Shown: in pieces, positions 57,652 through 64,000 of the stretch | How positions within the stretch are numbered: the first letter of the stretch is position 1 | Layout of the letters: the number at the start of each line of letters is the position of its first letter | Assembly (NCBI GenBank): GCA_963777505.1 | Contig: CAVZQN010000004.1 | Coordinates: 640,001 to 704,000, forward strand | DNA: 64,000 nucleotides | Direction: 5' to 3' | Origin: an uncultured bacterium | Lineage (GTDB): Bacteria > Acidobacteriota > HRBIN11 > JAKEFK01 | Made by a program: the position numbers and the translations under genes | The notes under the pieces: model-generated | What the model was told of the DNA's origin: nothing | Databases searched by the model: none | The model's input: the letters and a program-made list of their open reading frames with translations, nothing else

Positions 57652-58245
57652 ATGGCGGGAGACTATAAACAAGATCCGGATGTTCAACTGATGTTGAACG
57701 CTGGCGTGGGCGATCTTCAGTCTTTTGAAAAGCTTGTTTTAAAGCATCAAAAATCTGTTTTAAACGCTGCCTATCGATACACTGGAAATCCTTCCGTTGC
57801 TGAAGAACTGGCACAGGATGTTTTCGTGCGTGTGTTTCGCGCAGCTTCTTCCTACAAACCTGAAGCCCGCTTTTCAACATGGTTATTTACAATCGTTCGG
57901 AACGTTTGCAGCAACTACAGGGCCCGCGAAGGAAAACAAGATCACCAAATTGATGCTGAAGCCGACTTACCTTCAATTGCTCAGGATGATGAGAATCCTG
58001 AACAAACTGCAATCCGGCGGGAATTCGAATGCAAAATTCAAAAAGCAATTCTTGCATTGCCCGAGAGTTTACGGATGCCTTTGATTTTGAGCCAGTTTCA
58101 ACAAATGCCATACGAAGAAATTGCCGGGATCTTGGAGCTATCGGTAGCTGCCGTGAAAGTCAGAATTTTTCGAGCACGCCAGGCTCTAGCAGAAATGCTT
58201 TTGGAAACTCAACCTACTATGCACAGGCGTGTAACCGGCAGGTGA
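57652..58245 (+). CDS. ECF sigma factor
   Basis: AEELAQDVF, FSTWLFTI, YEEIAGIL..VKVRIFRAR. Confidence 0.92.
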   Translation: MAGDYKQDPDVQLMLNAGVGDLQSFEKLVLKHQKSVLNAAYRYTGNPSVAEELAQDVFVRVFRAASSYKPEARFSTWLFTIVRNVCSNYRAREGKQDHQIDAEADLPSIAQDDENPEQTAIRREFECKIQKAILALPESLRMPLILSQFQQMPYEEIAGILELSVAAVKVRIFRARQALAEMLLETQPTMHRRVTGR

Positions 58246-58275
58246 AGCGAGGGTTAAAATATATGAGGAAGACTT

Positions 58276-58914
58276 ATGAATTCTGAATCGCATGTTAACG
58301 AGAATATTCCTGCGTATCTTGCAGGAGAACTGAACGATGAAGAGCGTCGTACGGTAGAACTTCATTTAAACGATTGCAAAACATGCAAACACGAACTGGA
58401 GAATCAAAAAAAACTTGATGAAATCCTCTCACAGGCTCAATCCATTGAGGCTCGGCCAGAATTATTACAAGGTGTAATTCAGCAAGTTCGTATTCAACAG
58501 AAAACCGTAAGCTTTTCTAGACGGATACTTCCATGGCTGGCGGCTGCGGCTGTCATTGCTGTAGTTTTGTTTTTGCTGAAAATTCAAAAAGATTCACCTG
58601 CTCCAGTTGAGCAGGTCAAGAAATCACCGATTATCAAACCGGAAATTTCACCAGAGCCACAGCCAACACCAAAGTTCGAACCAATCCAACCCAAACCAGA
58701 ACCTGAACCTCAAATCACAAAAAAGGATAAGGAGATTCCTGTGCCACTCCCTCAGCCGGAAAAACCAGAGGAGATTCCGCATCTGACTCCTGAAGAGGCC
58801 GAAGTCGTTGCACAGCTGGATGAACTGGAAGAAATGGAATTAATTTCGAATTATGAAAATCTCGAAAATTTGGAACTCGCTTTGATCGGCGAAGGGAATG
58901 AGAGCTTGCAGTGA
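58276..58914 (+). CDS. ZAS (zf-HC2) membrane anti-sigma factor
   Basis: YLAGEL..HLNDCKTC, one TM, Pro-rich linker. Confidence 0.85.
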   Translation: MNSESHVNENIPAYLAGELNDEERRTVELHLNDCKTCKHELENQKKLDEILSQAQSIEARPELLQGVIQQVRIQQKTVSFSRRILPWLAAAAVIAVVLFLLKIQKDSPAPVEQVKKSPIIKPEISPEPQPTPKFEPIQPKPEPEPQITKKDKEIPVPLPQPEKPEEIPHLTPEEAEVVAQLDELEEMELISNYENLENLELALIGEGNESLQ

Positions 58915-59444
58915 AATTCGCTTTATCAATCTTAATCATCTTTTTCTTTGCGGCGTCTCTGTTTTCGCAGGAGAAACCAAAAGATGATTCGCGTTATAAA
59001 CAAAATCTTGAACGCTGGAATAAGCTGACTCCCGAACAAAAAAATGAGATGCGCAAAAGATATGAAAAACTGCGCTCAATGTCAGATCAGGAACGGAATC
59101 AATTTCATAAGAAAGCAGAAAGGTTTAAGAATCTAAGCCCCGAGCAAAAAGAGATCTTGCGAAAGAAAATGGAGATTTATCGTGATTTTCCTCCGGAACA
59201 AAAGCAAACCATTGAACGATTCATTAAGCGAATTCAAAAGATGCCGCCAAAACGCAGGCAAATGCTGGAGCGAAGGATTCAAAAGTTGAAAACGCTGCCG
59301 CCTGAAAGACGAGAAATGTTTTTGAAGCAAAAACGCTTTTGGAATGAAATGAATGAAGAACAACGCGAAGGGCTGCGTAAATTTTTCTTTTCAGAAAATT
59401 CACCATTCAGTGAAGACAGCAACGACTCCGAGTCTAACGAATAA
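58911..59444 (+). CDS. DUF3106-like periplasmic helical repeat protein
   Basis: Signal peptide; repeats WNKLTPEQK, FKNLSPEQK, LPPERR. Confidence 0.75.
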   Translation: MKFALSILIIFFFAASLFSQEKPKDDSRYKQNLERWNKLTPEQKNEMRKRYEKLRSMSDQERNQFHKKAERFKNLSPEQKEILRKKMEIYRDFPPEQKQTIERFIKRIQKMPPKRRQMLERRIQKLKTLPPERREMFLKQKRFWNEMNEEQREGLRKFFFSENSPFSEDSNDSESNE

Positions 59445-60573
59445 AGAGACCCGCAAAATATATGATGCAGAGTGCATAAAAAAATAATCTGGCACTCTTC
59501 GGACGGTTTGTTTTCCAGTAGTGCCACACTGCTGCAATGCAACCCGAAAATAAAATCAGCGCTACTGTCAAAGTCAACGAAGGCAGAGCGGTAAGCGTTC
59601 TTCCAATATCTCTTGCAATGCTATGAGATGTGAATTGAGATCCATACACAATCATTAAATGAAATGCGTAGACGAAAAGCGATTCCTGTCCAATCATGGC
59701 GAGCACTGAATTTTTCGGATTCCGCTTATGTTCGTAGAGCCATGTCATTGATAGCGTAAAAAACACAACACCGAGCCTCATCATAAAACTACGCGGACTT
59801 GCTCGTGCCACATCTGAATATGTGTGATAGGACCATGGCACATAAAACAACGCAAATGCACCCGCAGTCATTACTACTCCGGAAATGGCCAGAGTTGTAA
59901 AGTACGTCGCGTCTTTACCACTCGCTGCAGCTTTCAAATACACATAACCCATAAACGAGCCTAAGAAAGCATAGGCAGACCATGAGAATAATGGGAAAAG
60001 CGATCTGTATTGGTTGTTTACATAAACCGCGGCCCACATCGGTAAAAATTCGGCTGGATCGATTTCATATAGAAACGGTGTAACAAGAACGACCGCTATT
60101 CCAAGTGCCCCCAGAAAACAAATCAATACTGTTTTGTGGCGGATGATCAACGCCAGCAAAAGTGATATCAGCAATGAAATCGCAATGCACATCAATACAT
60201 CAGCACGCAAAAACCTGGTCAGGTCTGATCCGGTCAGGCTGATCATTCCTTTGAATGACCATAGAGTGGCATGAAGCCAGTAACCCAGGAAAAGAATGAA
60301 GAGCAATCGGCGGATTTGAAGAAATAGTGGTTTCTTAAATCCTAAAAAGTCATTCCATTTCTTTTCCAGTGTCAGAACAAATGCAAAACCAGCAATAAAG
60401 ATAAATGATGCTGAGATGCATCCATGAAAGATGTCGATGTAGTGAAATGTTCTTGTGTCCCGAATCGATTGAAGCATTGTGGCATTTGTGACATGCGCTT
60501 CAATCATGAAAAGCACACAAAAGCCCCGGAACATGTCGATGAACAGAAGGCGCTGGCGTTTTTGTTCGGCCAT
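59434..60573 (-). CDS. DUF1624/HGSNAT-like membrane acyltransferase
   Basis: IDMFRG..MIEAH, FIFIAG, FPLFSW, GQESL.VY.FH. Confidence 0.8.
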   Translation of the reverse strand: MAEQKRQRLLFIDMFRGFCVLFMIEAHVTNATMLQSIRDTRTFHYIDIFHGCISASFIFIAGFAFVLTLEKKWNDFLGFKKPLFLQIRRLLFILFLGYWLHATLWSFKGMISLTGSDLTRFLRADVLMCIAISLLISLLLALIIRHKTVLICFLGALGIAVVLVTPFLYEIDPAEFLPMWAAVYVNNQYRSLFPLFSWSAYAFLGSFMGYVYLKAAASGKDATYFTTLAISGVVMTAGAFALFYVPWSYHTYSDVARASPRSFMMRLGVVFFTLSMTWLYEHKRNPKNSVLAMIGQESLFVYAFHLMIVYGSQFTSHSIARDIGRTLTALPSLTLTVALILFSGCIAAVWHYWKTNRPKSARLFFYALCIIYFAGLFIR

Positions 60574-60621
60574 TAATGTTTTGTAAAGGGAAGTAGAAGA
60601 CAACCCTTTAGATCCATCTCT

Positions 60622-61065
60622 CTAAAGCGACTCTAACAATTCAGCCGCATGTTTTGAAGGATTCACTTTTGGATGAACCTGACTAATTTTTCCTTCCGGA
60701 TCAATAACATAGGTGATGCGTTTTGCATAGCCCGCATCGGCAGAATCGCATGCTCCGTATTTAATTCCTATCTCCCTTGTTGTGTCGCAAAGTAGGGCAA
60801 ATGGAAAACCGAATTTTTTCGCAAAAGCTGCGTTATCTTCGATAGTATCAAAACTTGCACCAAGAACTTTTACATTCTTTTTCTCGAATTCCTGAAATAA
60901 CTCGCGGAACCCGCGGCCTTCAGCCGTTCAACCAGGTGTGTCGGCTTTCGGATAAAACCAAAGAACAACATGATTGCCGCGAAAATCAGCCAAACGGATG
61001 TCTTTCCCCGTATGATCTTTTGTGTGAAATTCAGGAGCGTCATCTCCAGCTTTTAACAAGCTCAT
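60622..61065 (-). CDS. bcp: Selenocysteine-containing peroxiredoxin (BCP/PrxQ), 147 aa; absent from ORF track
   Basis: SD AAGGAGG; manual translation MSLLKAGDDAPEF...VLWFYPKADTPG[TGA]TAEGRGFR...GASFD...FPFALLCD...RITYVIDPEG...ELLESL*. Confidence 0.88.
60892..60923 (-). promoter_or_regulatory. Putative bacterial SECIS hairpin
   Basis: CGCGG-GUU-CCGCG apical stem-loop, loop 17 nt after UGA; lower stem CUGAA/UUCAG. Confidence 0.6.
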
Positions 61066-61147
61066 TCGAACACCTCCTTTGAAATCTGTGGCGACGTCAG
61101 ATTGATGTAGATATTATAAATGGATTCATGAGTAATGGATTAATGGA

Positions 61148-62842
61148 ATGATGGGTCGCGTTTCATATGCAGTTGTGATTTTACTCATCTTTTTCAATGC
61201 GATTGTATTGGCTGTTCCTTCTAGCGGTCCGGCTCAAAAGCTTTACGATGAAGATGGAGATAGGATCTTTGAAAATCTAAAACAACAGATGCAACGTGTT
61301 TCACAAACCGAAAAAATTCCTGTCTTAATTCGATATCGCGATGAAACGCCTCGCGCAGGCACTTATGCGGCCAGAATGTCACACGTTTTGAAATCCGGTT
61401 CATTAAGGTACAGCTTCAAAAATTTTCCGGGTGTTGCGGCTTCATTGAACGCAGACGAGATTAAACAAGTCCTAAATGATCCAATGGTTGAGCATCTTGA
61501 GTTTGACGGAGTGATTAAGAAAGCGATGGATGGAGCGCGTACGTCATTTGGAGTTCAGCAAGTCCGATCGCAGTTTGGTTTTGATGGAAATCGAGATATT
61601 CAATCAACGTATTCAACCACTGATGTTGTAACGGCCGTCATTGATACAGGAATTAATGCAAACCATCCAGATCTGCAAAACAAAGTTTTGTTTTGGAAAG
61701 ACTTTGTGAATTCACGCAATGAGCCCTACGATGATGACGGACACGGAACTGCTGTTGCTGGAGTGTTAGCTGGAACCGGAAAAGCGAATCGCCTGTATTC
61801 CGGAGTTGCGCCGGGTACATCACTTGTTGTTTTCAAGGTTTTAGATTCGAGTGGAAATGGCAGCATCTCTGATGGAATTGCAGCAGTTGATGAAACGATT
61901 TCCCGCAAATTGGAATTCAATATTCAGATTCTGAATTTAAGCTTATCGACTTCTGGAAGCTCAAATGGAAGAGACTCATTCTCACAAGTTTGCAATCGTG
62001 CCGTTTCAAATGGAATTGTTGTCATCGTTGCTGCTGGAAATGAAGGGCCGAATTCCCGAACAATCGGCGCGCCCGCAGCTTCAGCCAGTGCAATTACTGT
62101 TGGTGCTGGTGCTGATCTGAAAGAAAAAGGATTTTTTCTTGCTGATTTTTCGAGTCGTGGTCCAACTGCGGATGGGAGAATTAAACCAGATTTATGGGCA
62201 CCTGGTGTTAAGGTTCGAACTACACGGCGACAGGGCGGCTACCATGTTGTAGATGGAACCAGCTTTTCGGCTCCTTTTGTTTCTGGTGTTGTTGCCTTGA
62301 TGCTTGATGCAAATCCTGCGTTAAGGCCGGCAACAGTCAAGAATATTTTGACATCGACTGCGGTCCGTTGGATCAAACAAGCCAAAAATAATGAAGCCGG
62401 TTTCGGTAGATTGCAGGCATACCAGGCTGTCACTCGCGCGGCCTCAATCAGTGCAAATTTAAAGCCTCCCGTAGTCCCGGATACATTATCTTCAAGCGGC
62501 ACACTGAGCCCTGGAGCAACCCGAACGCTCGAAATTCCGGTGGCATCGATAAAGTATCCACTTGCAATCACTTGTATCGCCTTGAACTATCCTTCCGGCG
62601 ACATTGATCTGGAACTCTTGTCACCTAATGGTACTTTAATTGCTCGAGGAGCCACTCTCGACAGACAGGAGACGATCAAGCTTCTCCCGACGACACCAGG
62701 AAACTACATTTTGAGCATCAAAGCCGTAGGTTCAACACAGTTCGCAGTGACTGTTTCGGTTGATTTGGCTGGCGCAATTATTGCTACGAGTCCCAAATTC
62801 CACAATGCGGAACAGCCGGATGCACAATTAATTTCACATTAA
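61148..62842 (+). CDS. S8 subtilisin-family serine protease with C-terminal PPC-like domain
   Basis: Signal peptide; IDTG, GHGT, AAGN, GTSFSAP. Confidence 0.92.
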   Translation: MMGRVSYAVVILLIFFNAIVLAVPSSGPAQKLYDEDGDRIFENLKQQMQRVSQTEKIPVLIRYRDETPRAGTYAARMSHVLKSGSLRYSFKNFPGVAASLNADEIKQVLNDPMVEHLEFDGVIKKAMDGARTSFGVQQVRSQFGFDGNRDIQSTYSTTDVVTAVIDTGINANHPDLQNKVLFWKDFVNSRNEPYDDDGHGTAVAGVLAGTGKANRLYSGVAPGTSLVVFKVLDSSGNGSISDGIAAVDETISRKLEFNIQILNLSLSTSGSSNGRDSFSQVCNRAVSNGIVVIVAAGNEGPNSRTIGAPAASASAITVGAGADLKEKGFFLADFSSRGPTADGRIKPDLWAPGVKVRTTRRQGGYHVVDGTSFSAPFVSGVVALMLDANPALRPATVKNILTSTAVRWIKQAKNNEAGFGRLQAYQAVTRAASISANLKPPVVPDTLSSSGTLSPGATRTLEIPVASIKYPLAITCIALNYPSGDIDLELLSPNGTLIARGATLDRQETIKLLPTTPGNYILSIKAVGSTQFAVTVSVDLAGAIIATSPKFHNAEQPDAQLISH

Positions 62843-62843
62843 C

Positions 62844-62872
62844 TTGACAGCGGCTCTCGTAGCGGATATCTT
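62844..62872 (+). promoter_or_regulatory. Putative sigma70 promoter immediately after the S8 stop
   Basis: TTGACA, 17 bp spacer, TATCTT. Confidence 0.55.
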
Positions 62873-62905
62873 ACTTTCTGAGTCCCCTCTTATTAGGCCT
62901 AACGT

Positions 62906-62942
62906 GGGCTGCGGTCCCCAACCGCAGCCCCATTTGTTTTTT
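62906..62942 (+). terminator. Rho-independent terminator
   Basis: GGGCTGCGGT-CCCCA-ACCGCAGCCC followed by CATTTGTTTTTT. Confidence 0.8.
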
Positions 62943-62992
62943 GGCCTACCATTTCTAAGCCACAGAAAACTTCATGTTATTATGAATTCACC

Positions 62993-64000
62993 ATGTCACA
63001 GGCATTCACTATTGGTATCGAAGAAGAGTATCAAATCGTAGATCCTGAGACGCGTGATTTAAAATCGCATGTTTCAGTAATTCTTGAAGAGGCGATTGCT
63101 CTTTTGGGTGAGCAAGTCAAACCTGAAATGCATCAATGCATGATTGAGGTGGCAACAAACGTCTGCAACAACACAACTGAAGCGCGCACCGATTTGTTTA
63201 ATCTTCGAAAAACAATTTGTGCTCTTGCAGAAAGAAATGGATTGAAAATTGCCGCAGCTTCAACTCATCCATTCGCACACTGGACTGGCCAAAATATTTT
63301 TGAGCACGATCGTTACATGCAAATTGTTGAAGACCATCAAGTGCTTTCGCGAAGTCTTCTTATTTTTGGTCTTCATGTTCATGTGGGTGTTGAAGAACGT
63401 GAAACTGCAATACACATTATGAATGCAGCGAGGTATTTCTTGCCCCATGTTTTGGCGCTTTCAACGAGTTCACCATTCTGGATGAACCATGAAACTGGAT
63501 TGAAATCATATCGTTGCGAGATTTTCAAGAAATTTCCGCGTACTGATATTCCTGATTACTTCAATTCCTGGTCAGAGTATGAAAATTATGTGAGCCTTCT
63601 TGTAAAGACGAAGTGTATTGATAATCCCAAACGCATTTGGTGGGATCTTCGAGTTCATCCAGTTTTTCCGACACTCGAGTTTAGAATCTGCGATATTCCC
63701 ACGAGAGCTGAAGATACGATTGCAATTGCTGCTCTTTTTCAGGCAATCACTGCGAAACTCTATAAATTAATTAAATTAAACCTTGGTTTCCGGCTCTATA
63801 GACGGCTGCTCATTCAAGAAAACAAATGGAGAGCAGTTAGATATGGACTGGATGGCAAACTGATTGATTTCGGAAAACAAACGGAAGTTCCTGCGCGGGA
63901 ATTAATTCATGAACTCATCCAATTTGTTGATGATGTTGTTGATGATTTAGGAAGCCGCAAGGAAATTAATCACATCTATAATATTCTGCGAGATGGAACA
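62993..64000 (+). CDS. ybdK: Carboxylate-amine ligase (GCS2/YbdK), 3'-truncated; absent from ORF track
   Basis: Manual translation MSQAFTIGIEEEYQIVDP...FGLHVHVG...SSPFW...WWDLRVHP.FPTLEFRICD. Confidence 0.93.
   Translation, partial: MSQAFTIGIEEEYQIVDPETRDLKSHVSVILEEAIALLGEQVKPEMHQCMIEVATNVCNNTTEARTDLFNLRKTICALAERNGLKIAAASTHPFAHWTGQNIFEHDRYMQIVEDHQVLSRSLLIFGLHVHVGVEERETAIHIMNAARYFLPHVLALSTSSPFWMNHETGLKSYRCEIFKKFPRTDIPDYFNSWSEYENYVSLLVKTKCIDNPKRIWWDLRVHPVFPTLEFRICDIPTRAEDTIAIAALFQAITAKLYKLIKLNLGFRLYRRLLIQENKWRAVRYGLDGKLIDFGKQTEVPARELIHELIQFVDDVVDDLGSRKEINHIYNILRDGT

Noticed and set aside
60855-61082. 75-aa plus-strand ORF
   Set aside because: Antisense to the Sec-peroxiredoxin.
62844-63041. 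65-aa ORF after the S8 protease
   Set aside because: Starts in a -35 box, crosses a terminator and overlaps ybdK out of frame.

Overview
Bacterial chromosomal window (roughly 43% GC by eye). The gene content suggests an Acidobacteriota or delta-proteobacterial-like lineage, but this is inference only. It is mostly housekeeping and envelope genes: a frameshift-split long Lhr helicase, ribH-nusB, an iscA-type carrier, gcvT-H-PA-PB, a glycosyltransferase/B12-radical-SAM cluster, ubiE/menG, groES-groEL with a perfect CIRCE, purC, an ECF sigma/anti-sigma/DUF3106 triad, an S8 protease and ybdK. Five items stand out. (1) A selenocysteine peroxiredoxin (BCP) missed by the ORF track, with UGA at the peroxidatic position and a SECIS-like hairpin. 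(2) A receptor-less, Geobacter Che5/beta-group-like chemosensory operon (DUF4388 regulator, CheY, CheA, ExeA-like ATPase, CheW, Zn-ribbon pseudo-receiver, HEAT protein, CheR, CheB) coupled to ribH-nusB. (3) Tandem NrdR-like boxes overlapping the promoter of a lytic transglycosylase rather than a ribonucleotide reductase. (4) A candidate ~60-nt C-rich sRNA with its own promoter and terminator. (5) A long structured leader before a cellulose-synthase-like GT2. Several REP-like repeat families are present. No CRISPR, tRNA, rRNA or transposase was seen.
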